Position numbers and translations under genes: made by a program
Notes under the pieces: generated by a model
Databases searched by the model: none
What the model was told of the DNA's origin: nothing
What the model saw: only the letters and a program-made list of their open reading frames with translations
Origin: Chitinophagales bacterium
GTDB taxonomy: Bacteria > Bacteroidota > Bacteroidia > Chitinophagales > JADIYW01
Assembly: GCA_035438465.1 (NCBI GenBank)
Contig: DAORIK010000002.1
Location: 1-61,994, forward strand
Reading direction: 5' to 3'
Length of the DNA: 61,994 bases
Shown: positions 38,502 through 49,003 of the stretch, piece by piece
Layout: every line of letters begins with the position of its first letter
Numbering within the stretch: the stretch's first letter is position 1

Positions 38502-38516
38502 CTCGATTTATTTTTA

Positions 38517-41500
38517 TTAATTAACAATTCCCGTTACTTTTTCTTTGTTGTACTGCAAAATAAATGCCACAAAATATCCTTGCGAGCGTACCAGTTCCAA
38601 AACTTCTTTTGCACGTTCCAAGGTGGCAAAATTTCCAATTCGGTAAATATATCGTTCATACGCTTTTACCTCCTCTGTTTTACCAATATTTTCGAACTCC
38701 GGAAACTTAATGTTTCCCTTGTCGTAACTTGCAAGTTGTACTTTATAATATAAATCCGGCAATTCTTCTTTTACCGGTACTGTTTGAATTTTCTTTTCTT
38801 CGATAATTGTTGGTGTTACAACGAGAGGTTTTTCTTGTGATTTTACAACATCAGGTTCTGACGTTTTAACGACAGGCTTACTATCTATTATTGATGCTTC
38901 TATTGGCGCTTTGAGTGCTTCCTTTATTTCAATCTTGGGTTCTTCTTTTATCACTTCTTTGGCAGTTTCATTTGTTGCTACTTCCGCTTTACTCTCTTCA
39001 ACTGTTTCAATTATTTTTTCTTCTTTTATTATTTCCGGTGTTGGTTCAATTACAGGTTCTGTCTTTGGTGCTTCTTTTTCAACAGAAATATTTTTCACCT
39101 TTTTGCTTTTCTTTGTACTCACCATATCTGCCGCTAATAGTGGTACATCATCATCTTTAATAACAATTGGACTAGGAGCTTTTGTTTCTTTTGCTTCATC
39201 TGCAGGAGTTTCTTTTATTTCAATTAATGGCGTAGATATGGTCGATGTTTCTGCTATAATTTCTGTAGTCTTTGTATCTTGTAAAGGAGCTGAGTTTTCA
39301 ACTTTCTGATTTTTTTCTTCAGCTAAAACAATAGCATCCTCTTTAGCTTTTATATCGGGTGTAATAACATTTAAAACACTTCCGACTTTTATTGCATTAG
39401 TTGAAATATTATTCCATTTTTTTAAATCTTCCACCGTTACATTATATAATTTAGCTATGGAATACAATGTTTGATTCGATAGTACTTTGTGATTTATGGA
39501 TGCTTCTTTAGGTGATGTACTATTTTGTAATGGTGCATTTACTTCTGCTTGCTGACTATTAATTTTAACTTCCGGTTTAGTTGCTTCCTCCTGATTTGCG
39601 GATGATGGAACAACTATCTTTGGTTTATTTTTTAGAGTAGTAGTAGTTATTTGCGGATTATCTTTTGAAATTACTTTCTTGAGCGAATCAATTTTTGCCT
39701 GTGTTATCGGTTCATTTTTAAAGTATACATCACTGTAAGGCAAATTTGATTTTGCTTTATTATCTATTTTAATATTCATGCCCGGTGGTAATTCACCTTG
39801 TTTGTAAACTTTATTTTCTTTTAGTTTAAATTTAGCTCCATTCAATTCATAATCTCGAACTTTTACGTCATTTTTTTGCATACCATACGTTGTCAACTCA
39901 TCAGTAATCTTATTTTCCTGACTTTCAAAGATGACCTTGTAATTATTATTCATCAATAATTTTATTTCAAATTTTCCTGATGAATCAAGATCTACCAATC
40001 GTAATTTTTGAGTGGTATAATTTACCATTCTCATTTTAGCATATTTTGCCGGCTTATTGGTAGCCGCATCCGTAACACGACCGGTGAAAATTATGTAATT
40101 GTCTAAGGACAAATTATTGGTAGCATTATTCTTAATAGCAAACTGCGCATCTTGTTTTAAATAGATATCCGCCACTACGGAATCTCCGCTGATTCTTCCA
40201 AGTGAATTCACTTTGGCGGTAATAGGACGGTAGTTATCTTTTGAAAGTTTTAATGTGAATGATTTATCTTTATCTACTTTAAATGCTGCTATTCCGTTTT
40301 CATTCGTAACACCTTCATATACTTTATTACCATTTTCAAATACTTGTACCAAAGCATAATCTACTTTTTTTTCAGTGAGAGAATCATATGTATTTACAAT
40401 GAGTCTAAGGTTAAACGGAATAAATCTATATACATCAAATCCTCCCTTGCCTCCCATTCGGTTGGAGGAAAAATAACCAGTCTTCACTTCATTGTCGTAG
40501 ATAATACTAATATCGTCTCCTGCTGAGTTAACAGGTGCGGGTTGCATTTCCACATCCTGCCAAATACCTGTATTGTTTTTTGCTGTGTAAATATCAAAAC
40601 CGCCAAAACCGCCTTCTCTGTCAGAAGAAAAATACAAGGTGTGATTTTGTCCGTCTTGCACCATAAATGGATTGATCTCATCAGCAGCTGTATTTAATAA
40701 TTTTCCTGTATTTACGGGTTTTGTCCACTTTCCGTTTTCTAATTTACTTTCCCAGATATCAAAGCCGCCAAAACCACCTGTTTGATTCGATGAAAAATAA
40801 AGTGTCTTTCCTTCGGTATCAAATGACGGATTTTTACTGGAGAACGCATCTGCATTAAAAGGGTATGGTTTAACATTTAAAAAATTACCTCCTAAATTAT
40901 CTGCAAAATATATTTTCTCATTTTTTTGTTTTTCTTTCTTGGAAGAAATTTCTTTGGCAGAAAAAACTACTGCGTTTCCATCCTGAACAAATGATAAACT
41001 TGTTATAAGTAGTTTTTGAACTCCGGAATTATATGCTTTTACAGGTTCCAAGAAATTATTGTACTCACGAACTATCTGATAAATTTCATTTGTATGTTCC
41101 ATACTTTTTGAAACGACATACACGGGATTGGTTCGCAGTACAGCAAGATTCGTTTCGTCCGCATCGGTGTTAAACGTATAGTTTTCCAATTTATAGCTGG
41201 CAGTCTGGGAAGAAGCTTTCAAAATCTTTTCACATTGATTTGCCAGGTCCATAACCTTGTTTACATCTCCTGTTTGTGCCGCATACATCAGGTAACCATC
41301 TAAAGCTTTTTGGTATTCACCCATCAGTCGGTTAGTATTGGCGTAATTAAATAAGTTTACTTTGGAGGTATTGATGAGCTGACTTTCTTTGTCGTACCAT
41401 TGCATGGCTGTCGCATAATCTTTTTTCTTCACATACAATTCTGCAATTCTAAATGCATCTTGCGGATCACGTTCTTCACCGTAATATCTTTCCTGGTAAT

Positions 41501-41621
41501 ATTGAATAACTTTATCAATACCACCGCTTGCAATCAGTTTACTGATATAGACAGCATCCCATTTTTTTGCAAAAGAGATACTTACTAAAAACATACAACT
41601 TAAAAAAATTACTTTTTTCAT
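38517..41621 (-). CDS. Periplasmic multidomain protein: TPR, PD40/WD40-like repeats, beta-sandwich domains, LysM, E/K/P linker, SPOR
   Basis: Three LYFSS...GG.GGFDI/V repeats; HKV...TLYSIAKLYNVTVEDLKKWN LysM; C-terminal YKVQLA...YRIGNF...A...L..V...GY..AF SPOR. Confidence 0.85.
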   Translation of the reverse strand: MKKVIFLSCMFLVSISFAKKWDAVYISKLIASGGIDKVIQYYQERYYGEERDPQDAFRIAELYVKKKDYATAMQWYDKESQLINTSKVNLFNYANTNRLMGEYQKALDGYLMYAAQTGDVNKVMDLANQCEKILKASSQTASYKLENYTFNTDADETNLAVLRTNPVYVVSKSMEHTNEIYQIVREYNNFLEPVKAYNSGVQKLLITSLSFVQDGNAVVFSAKEISSKKEKQKNEKIYFADNLGGNFLNVKPYPFNADAFSSKNPSFDTEGKTLYFSSNQTGGFGGFDIWESKLENGKWTKPVNTGKLLNTAADEINPFMVQDGQNHTLYFSSDREGGFGGFDIYTAKNNTGIWQDVEMQPAPVNSAGDDISIIYDNEVKTGYFSSNRMGGKGGFDVYRFIPFNLRLIVNTYDSLTEKKVDYALVQVFENGNKVYEGVTNENGIAAFKVDKDKSFTLKLSKDNYRPITAKVNSLGRISGDSVVADIYLKQDAQFAIKNNATNNLSLDNYIIFTGRVTDAATNKPAKYAKMRMVNYTTQKLRLVDLDSSGKFEIKLLMNNNYKVIFESQENKITDELTTYGMQKNDVKVRDYELNGAKFKLKENKVYKQGELPPGMNIKIDNKAKSNLPYSDVYFKNEPITQAKIDSLKKVISKDNPQITTTTLKNKPKIVVPSSANQEEATKPEVKINSQQAEVNAPLQNSTSPKEASINHKVLSNQTLYSIAKLYNVTVEDLKKWNNISTNAIKVGSVLNVITPDIKAKEDAIVLAEEKNQKVENSAPLQDTKTTEIIAETSTISTPLIEIKETPADEAKETKAPSPIVIKDDDVPLLAADMVSTKKSKKVKNISVEKEAPKTEPVIEPTPEIIKEEKIIETVEESKAEVATNETAKEVIKEEPKIEIKEALKAPIEASIIDSKPVVKTSEPDVVKSQEKPLVVTPTIIEEKKIQTVPVKEELPDLYYKVQLASYDKGNIKFPEFENIGKTEEVKAYERYIYRIGNFATLERAKEVLELVRSQGYFVAFILQYNKEKVTGIVN

Positions 41622-41637
41622 GTGTTTCTATTTTAGG

Positions 41638-44445
41638 TTAATGTGCTTCCAGCCAGTTAGAACCAAAACCTGCGCTCACTTCTATCGGCACTTGTAAAGG
41701 TAAGGCATTTTGCATTTCATGTATAACGATTTTTTGTATTTCTTCTTTTTCCGGTAAAAAAACATCAAACAGCAACTCATCATGCACCTGCAAAATCATT
41801 TTAGATTTGAGTTTATGTGCATTTATTTGTTTGTGTATATTGATCATGGCCACCTTTATCATATCTGCGGCTGTACCTTGTATCGGTGCATTGATAGCAT
41901 TTCGTTCAGCAAATCCTCGTATAGTCCAGTTGCCCGCGTTAATATCGCGTAGATATCTTCTTCTGTGCAATAATGTTTCAACATACCCTTTTTCGCGTGC
42001 TGATTTTATTGTATTGTCCATGTAGTTTTTAATGCCGCGGTATTTTTCAAAATATTGTTCAATTAAGTTAGCAGCATCCGTTCTTGAAATACCTAAACGT
42101 TGTGCTAACCCAAATGCTGAAATGCCATAAATAATTCCAAAGTTGACCATTTTTGCCTGACGACGCATTTCGGAAGTAACACTCTCTAACGTAACACCAA
42201 ACACATTTGCCGCAGTTGCCGCGTGTATATCTAAATTTTTGCTGAATGCTTCAATCATGTTTTCATCTTCACTTATAGATGCTACTATTCGTAGTTCTAT
42301 CTGAGAATAATCTGCGGACAACAAAATATGATTGTCGTCTTTCTGAATAAAAGCCTTCCTGATTTTTCTGCCGCGCTCTGTGCGAATCGGGATATTCTGC
42401 AGATTCGGGTTGACGGAACTTAATCTACCTGTAGCAGCTATTGCCTGATTGAAAGTAGTATGCACTCTATGTGTTTTCGGATTCAGCAAATTTGGCAAAG
42501 CATCCACATACGTACTCTTCAGTTTGGTAAACTCTCTGTAATCCAGCAATTTTTCGGCAATCGGATGTTCGTGTAGAATCTTCTGCAACGTTTCTTCATC
42601 CGTGGAATACTGTCCGGTTTTTGTTTTTTTACCCGGATACTTGATACCCATTTTTTCAAATAAGATATCTCCTAATTGTTTAGGTGAATCGATATTGAAT
42701 TGTGCACCACAGGTTTCTAATATTTCATCTTTTAATTTTACAATATCTGTGGCTATCTCATCTGAATATTGTTTTAAAAAATCCATATCGATACGAACTC
42801 CTTCAAATTCCATCTCTGTAAGTACAGATATTAAAGGTGTTTCCACATCATAAAATAATTTATGTAAGTGTGTATTGTCAATTTCTTTTTTAAAAACATT
42901 ATGTAATTGCAACGTGATGTCTGCATCTTCCGCAGCATATTCTTTAATTTTTTCGACAGGCACATCGCGCATCGTACCTTGTTTGGGGCCTTTTTTGCCA
43001 ATTAATTCTTCTATGGAAACAGGTGTATAACCAAGATAGTTTTCTGACAAAACATTCATGTTATGCTTGGTATCTGCATCTATTAAATAATGTGCCAGCA
43101 TCGTATCAAAGAAAACACCTTTCACTTCTATATCGTACCATTTTAAAACTAACTGATCAAACTTTATATTCTGTCCAATCTTAGTAATTGATTCATTTTC
43201 TAAGACTGATTTGAATTGATGGATTTGTTTTTTTGCTTCTTCCTGATTTGGTGAAATAGGAACATAATATGCTTCGGATGGATGAATACAAAAAGAGATT
43301 CCGACTAATTCGCAATTATTTGCATCCACTGAGGTAGTTTCTGTATCGAAACATATTTTATCCGATGCATTTAATTTTTTCAATAACTCATCCATCTGTG
43401 CTTGTGTCTCTATGAGGAAATACTGATGTTCTGTGTTATTGATATTTTTTCCGAAGGTTGTTTTTAGCGCATCCGCTGCAAGCAGCTCTTCCTGTGGCTG
43501 TTCATCAAACATAGAAGTTTGTGAAGTATTTTTCGGAGCTGCTTGCTTTTTTGCCGCAGCCTCATTCATGGAATAATCTTCTCCTAAAATTCGTTTACCT
43601 AATGTCCGGAATTCCAAATCTGCAAAAATTGCTGAGAGTTTCTCTTTATCAAATTCTTTTAATACATAGTCATCTTCATTCCATTCAATCGGAGCATCCG
43701 TGATAATAGTCGCGAGTTTCTTTGAAATCAACGCCATTTCTTTATGTTCAATCAATTTGTCTTTTATCGCGCCTTTTACTTCATCTATATTTTCATAAAT
43801 ATTTTCGATAGACCCGAATTGACGAATAAGCATTTTTGCCCCTTTTTCGCCAATACCTTTCACACCGGGAATATTATCTACCGCATCACCCCATAAGCCA
43901 AGTATATCTATAATTTCTTTCGGATTTTTTATTTCCCACTTTTTATTTAGTTCCTCCACACCTAATACTTCCGCAGGTTTTCCCATAAATGGTGGTTTAT
44001 GAATAAAAATTTTGTCTGATGCTACTTGTCCTAAATCTTTATCCGGAGAAACAATATAACATTCAACGCCTTCTTTTGCCGCTTTGACCGCCAGTGTTCC
44101 GATTAAATCATCCGCTTCGTAGCCCGCTATTTCTACTACCGGCATATTCATCGCTTTTATAATTTCTTTGATATACGGAATGGAAGCCACTATATCATCC
44201 GGTGTTTCCTGCCGGTTTGCTTTATAGAAATCATGTTCTGCTTGTCGGTCTGTTTGTGCTGCAGCATCAAAAACAATAGCGTAATGTGTAGGATTATATT
44301 TGGTTTTTATTTCCCAGATTGTATTTAAAAAACCTTGTATTGCAGAAACGTTAAAGCCTTTTGAATTGATTAACGGTGCTTTTTGAAAAGCAAAATAGGC
44401 GCGAAATATAAGTGCGAATGAATCGAAAAGATATAGTTTTTTCAT
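41638..44445 (-). CDS. polA: DNA polymerase I
   Basis: 5'-3' exonuclease (EADD, GDAVDNIPGV), 3'-5' exonuclease (FDTET), polymerase motifs (ADYSQIELR, KMVNFGIIYG, QVHDEL). Confidence 0.98.
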   Translation of the reverse strand: MKKLYLFDSFALIFRAYFAFQKAPLINSKGFNVSAIQGFLNTIWEIKTKYNPTHYAIVFDAAAQTDRQAEHDFYKANRQETPDDIVASIPYIKEIIKAMNMPVVEIAGYEADDLIGTLAVKAAKEGVECYIVSPDKDLGQVASDKIFIHKPPFMGKPAEVLGVEELNKKWEIKNPKEIIDILGLWGDAVDNIPGVKGIGEKGAKMLIRQFGSIENIYENIDEVKGAIKDKLIEHKEMALISKKLATIITDAPIEWNEDDYVLKEFDKEKLSAIFADLEFRTLGKRILGEDYSMNEAAAKKQAAPKNTSQTSMFDEQPQEELLAADALKTTFGKNINNTEHQYFLIETQAQMDELLKKLNASDKICFDTETTSVDANNCELVGISFCIHPSEAYYVPISPNQEEAKKQIHQFKSVLENESITKIGQNIKFDQLVLKWYDIEVKGVFFDTMLAHYLIDADTKHNMNVLSENYLGYTPVSIEELIGKKGPKQGTMRDVPVEKIKEYAAEDADITLQLHNVFKKEIDNTHLHKLFYDVETPLISVLTEMEFEGVRIDMDFLKQYSDEIATDIVKLKDEILETCGAQFNIDSPKQLGDILFEKMGIKYPGKKTKTGQYSTDEETLQKILHEHPIAEKLLDYREFTKLKSTYVDALPNLLNPKTHRVHTTFNQAIAATGRLSSVNPNLQNIPIRTERGRKIRKAFIQKDDNHILLSADYSQIELRIVASISEDENMIEAFSKNLDIHAATAANVFGVTLESVTSEMRRQAKMVNFGIIYGISAFGLAQRLGISRTDAANLIEQYFEKYRGIKNYMDNTIKSAREKGYVETLLHRRRYLRDINAGNWTIRGFAERNAINAPIQGTAADMIKVAMINIHKQINAHKLKSKMILQVHDELLFDVFLPEKEEIQKIVIHEMQNALPLQVPIEVSAGFGSNWLEAH

Positions 44446-44455
44446 AAAATATAAT

Positions 44456-44505
44456 GAAGTAATGTAGAAGTATAATAATGTAACAATTGTCTCATTGCTT
44501 CATTA
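44456..44505. repeat. Degenerate 8-mer tract between polA and the CMD gene
   Basis: GAAGTAAT GTAGAAGT ATAATAAT GTAACAAT, then inverted-orientation units (CTCATTGCTTCATT). Confidence 0.55.
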
Positions 44506-44506
44506 A

Positions 44507-44854
44507 TTAATTATTTGATTGTAATGCTTCCCAGTATTCAGCTGCTCTGCGTGTATGCGGAATGCAGATGCTGCCACCTACGAGGTTGGCAATGGCAAAC
44601 ACTTCATATACTTGTTCTGTAGTGATCCCTGCTTCGTATGATTTTCCTAAATGATATTTTATGCAGTCATCGCAGCGCAATACCATAGATGCTACTAAGC
44701 CGAGCATTTCTTTTGTTTTTGCATCTATTGCTCCGTCGGCATACGCATGCATATCGAGATTAAAAAAACGATTGAGCGTCAAATTTTTTTGACTTAAGAT
44801 TACTTCATTCATTTTAGAACGATAATCATTAAATTCCTGAATTGGATTTTCCAT
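44507..44854 (-). CDS. Carboxymuconolactone decarboxylase / AhpD-like protein
   Basis: KTKEMLGLVASMVLRCDDCIKYH (CxxC..YH). Confidence 0.9.
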   Translation of the reverse strand: MENPIQEFNDYRSKMNEVILSQKNLTLNRFFNLDMHAYADGAIDAKTKEMLGLVASMVLRCDDCIKYHLGKSYEAGITTEQVYEVFAIANLVGGSICIPHTRRAAEYWEALQSNN

Positions 44855-44929
44855 AAAATATAAAAACTATTACCTGTCTAATTTACGACAAATAATAGTT
44901 TTAAAAATTGTTTTGAAAGAGTAAGTGTA

Positions 44930-45262
44930 TTATTTTTTCTTTTTGGCTACTTTTCGTGCCTGTGTCCACTCCTCGAACAAGTCGATTCCGCGATGCATAG
45001 CCTCTAGTCTGTCGTAGTTTAAAGAGTAGTAAATTTTCTTACCATCTCTGCGTGTACGCACTACATCTACACCTCTGAGTATTTTCAGGTGTTGGGATGT
45101 AATCGATTGTTCAATTTTAAGTGTATTGTAAATTACGTTTACATTCACCTCTTTTTTTTCGTGGATCAGTTTGATAATTTTTAATCTCAAATGATGTGCC
45201 ACTGCTCTCAAAAGCTCTGCAGCTTTTTCGATCTTTTCTGTGTTGAATTCGAAATTTTCCAT
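44930..45262 (-). CDS. ArsR/SmtB-family regulator 1 (no Cys)
   Basis: AVAHHLRLKII...EQSITSQHLKILR...RDGKKIYY; start trimmed to the ATG at 45262. Confidence 0.9.
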   Translation of the reverse strand: MENFEFNTEKIEKAAELLRAVAHHLRLKIIKLIHEKKEVNVNVIYNTLKIEQSITSQHLKILRGVDVVRTRRDGKKIYYSLNYDRLEAMHRGIDLFEEWTQARKVAKKKK

Positions 45263-45290
45263 AAAAACTTTTTTACAATTTAGTTCACTA

Positions 45291-45298
45291 CAAATATA
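45291..45298 (-). promoter_or_regulatory. -7 promoter box (TATATTTG) for ArsR 1
   Basis: TAnnTTTG match. Confidence 0.5.
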
Positions 45299-45411
45299 TA
45301 GAAAATATAGTAAGTTAACATGCAAATAGCATGACTAATGTCAAAATATTTTACGCTATATATTAATAAAACCTATTAAATTGATAATAGTTCAGGAAAT
45401 ATCAGATTATA

Positions 45412-45735
45412 TTATTTGATCAATTCTTCCAACAGTCTTGATATCTCATCCATCCTTTCATGGTCAACAGAATAATAGATGAATTTTCCATCGCGTGAAG
45501 TGACAACAACACCGGCACGGCGTAACAAAGCGAGGTGTTGTGAGGCAACAGATTGCTCCAGTCTTAATTTAACATATAAATCGGTAACGGTCATTTTACC
45601 TTCTTTGTTTATCATGCGTATCATTTCCTGACGGAGTTTATGGTTAATAGCGCGTAATACCAAAACGGACTTACGTAACACCTGAAAATCAATTTTTAAC
45701 TCCGGCTGAATGATATTGTTACTGTTTATTGACAT
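45412..45735 (-). CDS. ArsR/SmtB-family regulator 2 (no Cys)
   Basis: LRAINHKLRQ...EQSVASQHLALLR...RDGKFIYY. Confidence 0.9.
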   Translation of the reverse strand: MSINSNNIIQPELKIDFQVLRKSVLVLRAINHKLRQEMIRMINKEGKMTVTDLYVKLRLEQSVASQHLALLRRAGVVVTSRDGKFIYYSVDHERMDEISRLLEELIK

Positions 45736-45860
45736 GGCTTATCTCTTTAATTTATTATCCTGTTTCAATGAAGTATTTAGTTCAAATATTGTACCAAATA
45801 GTAAGAATTGATTTATTACAAAATGGTTGCATGCGGTACAATTGAAATTTATAGTTTATT

Positions 45861-46565
45861 TTAAACACCTGATTTAACTTGTTCTGTTGTGTGAACCTGT
45901 TTGGTATAATTTGGTTCAAAATAGGCCATATCTTCGTACTGACTCTTAACAAATTTTGAAAATGATAACTGGCATAAATCCACCGCGCTTGATATAAACT
46001 CATCATATATAATTGCGCTTTCTGAATCCACTTTTCCGGATACTTTAAAAGCCCCGTTGCCGAATATCAGGTATTTTTTATCTTTATAAAAAAGGTCCTC
46101 AAAATTCTCATCAATTACTAAATTGGAGAAGGCCTTTGTCTTTTCACCGCTTTTATTAAAAAAAGAAGTAAATACTTCCATTCTTCGTGCATCAATCATA
46201 GGTACATATTCATCAAAATCATTCATCTTATACCTAGTCTGCACACCCTTCACCATTGACTCCAAAGTAGATACCGCAATCAAAGGAATACCTAGTGCAT
46301 AGCAATATCCTTTCGCTGCAGCCGTCGCGATACGCAAGCCCGTATATGAACCCGGTCCTGCGCTAACAGCCACAGCATGCAGTTGTTGGAAAGTGAGCTT
46401 GGTTTCCGCTAATAAATCTTCTATCAAAAGATGTAACGTAGCTGCTGCTTTATTGGGCTCAAAGATTTCTTTTGTACTCAAAGATGAACCATCTTTTGAA
46501 ATGGCTACAGAAGTCACTGCATTTGCAGTTTCTATACATAAGATATACACCGGATTTTCAGACAA
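45861..46565 (-). CDS. tsaB: tRNA threonylcarbamoyladenosine biosynthesis protein TsaB
   Basis: LCIET, VSAGPGSYTGLRI, PMIDARRMEV, FEPNY.K. Confidence 0.95.
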   Translation of the reverse strand: MSENPVYILCIETANAVTSVAISKDGSSLSTKEIFEPNKAAATLHLLIEDLLAETKLTFQQLHAVAVSAGPGSYTGLRIATAAAKGYCYALGIPLIAVSTLESMVKGVQTRYKMNDFDEYVPMIDARRMEVFTSFFNKSGEKTKAFSNLVIDENFEDLFYKDKKYLIFGNGAFKVSGKVDSESAIIYDEFISSAVDLCQLSFSKFVKSQYEDMAYFEPNYTKQVHTTEQVKSGV

Positions 46566-46573
46566 TGTATTTA

Positions 46574-48217
46574 TTATTTTTGGGCGGTAAGCATTAATTT
46601 ATATTTAGTGCTGTCGCTTAAGATTTCAATTGCCTTTTTTACGTCTAAATCATCTTTCAGACTATTTGCAATTCTGCCCTTTTCATATGTATAACGGCTG
46701 GCAATTTCCTGTTCCAATAATTTTTTAATTTCCGGTTTAAATTTCAATAAATCTTTAGACTTATCATGTTTAATTTGTGCTTCCAAATCCGTAATTACTT
46801 TCTGTACATCCTCGGAGTAACTATCATCTTTTATAGATTTTTTTAAATCAGATAATTTCACTTCACTGGAAGTTGTGTAATCATAATCTTTACCTTTTAA
46901 TGAAGCTATAAACTGATTATATTCTTCATCTGTCATCGTAAAATTATTGCCATCTCTCAATGTTGGATGGTCGTGCTTGTATTGATTTGCAAATTCGAAG
47001 AGATGATTATTGGTGTATAATGCAATTGCTATCGGAGATATTCTTTGCTCTTCCGTTTTAATATCCGGCTCCACACCGGCGCCATCTTTCACTACTCTTC
47101 CTGATTTTGTTTTAAACTCTTTGCGTAAAGAATCAGGCAATGCATTTGCAATTCCATCAGCACTTCTATGTGTGTAATCAATACGTTGAATGCATCTCCC
47201 GCTTGGAATATAATATTTGGAAATGGTTACTTTTAGCTTTGATTTGTATGCAATAGGCTTAGTTACCTGCACCAAGCCTTTGCCATAAGTATTTTGTCCA
47301 ATCACAATTCCCCGGTCTAAATCTTGAATAGAACCCGAAACAATTTCAGATGCAGATGCTGAACCTCCATCTGTTAATACAGCCAATGGAATATCTGTAT
47401 CTACAGGCTTTCCGGTAGTAGCATAGGAGAAATTAGCTTCCTGTATTTTCCCTTTTGTGTTTACTATGTTTGTTCCTTTTTCTACAAAAGTATTACAGAT
47501 ATTAATAGCCTCATTCAACAAACCCCCACCATTACCGCGCAAATCAAGCATCACTCCTTTCAGATTCGGATTTTTTTTAAGTTCCTTCAATGCATCCTGA
47601 ACTTCCTGGGAGGCATTATCCGTAAACATAGTTAGCTTTATGTAACCAATTTTATCATTTACCATTCCGAAATACGGTACATTCTCAATTTTTATTTCTT
47701 CGCGATTAAACGTCAATGTTTTTTCCTCATTGGTTATAGCTTTTTTTATTTTGATAGTGATTTTTGTGCCGGGTTCGCCTTTTAATAACTGGCTCACTTC
47801 ATCAGAATTATATTTGGTAGATACTTTTCCATCTATTTCCATAATGATATCTCCTGCCTGCAGACCTGCCTTTTGGGCCGGATACCCTTCGTATGGATCG
47901 GTAATTACTACGTTGTCGCCCATCTTGGCAATACGCGCGCCGATACCTCCATACTTTCCGGTAGTTTGTAACTGATATTCATCCAAATCTGCCCCTGTAA
48001 TGTAGTTGGTAAAAGGATCTAAACCATCCAGCATCTTGTTAATGCCATCTGTCATTAGCTTATTCGGGTCTACATCATCTACATAATAAGTATTCAGCTC
48101 TTTATATAATTGCGTAAACAACTCCATGTTTTTGGCAATTTCAAAATAGCGGTTTTGATCAGCAGCTCGAGCGTTTAATATAAAACACAAGCAAAGAATA
48201 GTGAATAGTTTCTTCAT
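46574..48217 (-). CDS. S41 carboxyl-terminal processing protease with PDZ domain
   Basis: YGGIG PDZ loop, DLRGNGGG, SASASEI, TYGKG. Confidence 0.95.
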   Translation of the reverse strand: MKKLFTILCLCFILNARAADQNRYFEIAKNMELFTQLYKELNTYYVDDVDPNKLMTDGINKMLDGLDPFTNYITGADLDEYQLQTTGKYGGIGARIAKMGDNVVITDPYEGYPAQKAGLQAGDIIMEIDGKVSTKYNSDEVSQLLKGEPGTKITIKIKKAITNEEKTLTFNREEIKIENVPYFGMVNDKIGYIKLTMFTDNASQEVQDALKELKKNPNLKGVMLDLRGNGGGLLNEAINICNTFVEKGTNIVNTKGKIQEANFSYATTGKPVDTDIPLAVLTDGGSASASEIVSGSIQDLDRGIVIGQNTYGKGLVQVTKPIAYKSKLKVTISKYYIPSGRCIQRIDYTHRSADGIANALPDSLRKEFKTKSGRVVKDGAGVEPDIKTEEQRISPIAIALYTNNHLFEFANQYKHDHPTLRDGNNFTMTDEEYNQFIASLKGKDYDYTTSSEVKLSDLKKSIKDDSYSEDVQKVITDLEAQIKHDKSKDLLKFKPEIKKLLEQEIASRYTYEKGRIANSLKDDLDVKKAIEILSDSTKYKLMLTAQK

Positions 48218-48317
48218 CTGTTTCAGTTTTAATTGAGTTTTTACGGATTTTATTTATTTATGAACTTTAAATCTACTAAAAATAGTATTTACGAATGGTT
48301 AAAAAATATGAAGAAAC

Positions 48318-48551
48318 TCAGGGAACCGGGTCATATCCGCTTCCACCCCATGGGTGACAGGATAAAATGCGCTTCATAGCCAAATATCCGCCTTTGAATA
48401 GACCGTGTTTTTGTAAGGCTTCAATGGCATATGTAGAACAAGAAGGCTGATATCGGCATTTGTTTTCACCTAAAAGTGGTGATACTGAATATTTATAAAT
48501 TTTAATCAGTGCAATGAAGGGGAAAATCAATATTTTTTTGAGTAGTGTCAT
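48318..48551 (-). CDS. yidD: Membrane protein insertion efficiency factor
   Basis: [10 protein letters not shown]...KHG...G...[17 protein letters not shown]. Confidence 0.95.
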   Translation of the reverse strand: MTLLKKILIFPFIALIKIYKYSVSPLLGENKCRYQPSCSTYAIEALQKHGLFKGGYLAMKRILSCHPWGGSGYDPVP

Positions 48552-48555
48552 TTTG

Positions 48556-48563
48556 CAAAAGTA
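48556..48563 (-). promoter_or_regulatory. -7 promoter box (TACTTTTG) 4 nt before the yidD start
   Basis: TAnnTTTG match. Confidence 0.5.
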
Positions 48564-48601
48564 TTCATTGTTTTAACAAGATAACTAAAAGATAAGTTTC
48601 A

Positions 48602-49003
48602 TTACAAGTTAACTAACAATTTACTTAACAACTGCGTCACCACAGCATCTACTGTTTTGAAATCAGCAATAGTTTTTGCTTGATAACTGAGCAGCAAAAC
48701 TACTTGTTTGTTTTTCTCCTGAAGTAATTTATAAAGTTCATTTTTCTGTAACCGTACACTTTCTCTCATTAATCGTTTGAGACGGTTACGGTCCGGTGCA
48801 TTTGGAAATAATTTTTTGGAAACCGCAAATGCAAATTGCGCCGGAAAGGCGCAATTCAATTCAACAGTTTTAAAATATATTCTTAAGGTTGGATTTTGTA
48901 CAAATATTTTAGTGCTGAAAAGCTCTTCAATTAATTTTCTGCTTTTCAGGCGTTCATCTTTTGTGAAAGTAAGCCGTATATGTTTATCTGTTCCAGCTAT
49001 TAT
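48602..49003 (-). CDS. rnpA: Ribonuclease P protein component; start codon non-canonical (ATA at 49003, 49000 or 48979)
   Basis: Manual translation upstream of the tracked TTG (48859): [48 protein letters not shown], then ...[21 protein letters not shown]. The frame is closed by TGA at 49019-49021 and has no ATG/GTG/TTG in between. Confidence 0.85.
   Translation of the reverse strand: MIAGTDKHIRLTFTKDERLKSRKLIEELFSTKIFVQNPTLRIYFKTVELNCAFPAQFAFAVSKKLFPNAPDRNRLKRLMRESVRLQKNELYKLLQEKNKQVVLLLSYQAKTIADFKTVDAVVTQLLSKLLVNL

Noticed and set aside
45319-45333. CATGC-N5-GCATG as ArsR operator
   Set aside because: Only 5 bp of symmetry and it does not extend; too weak to call.
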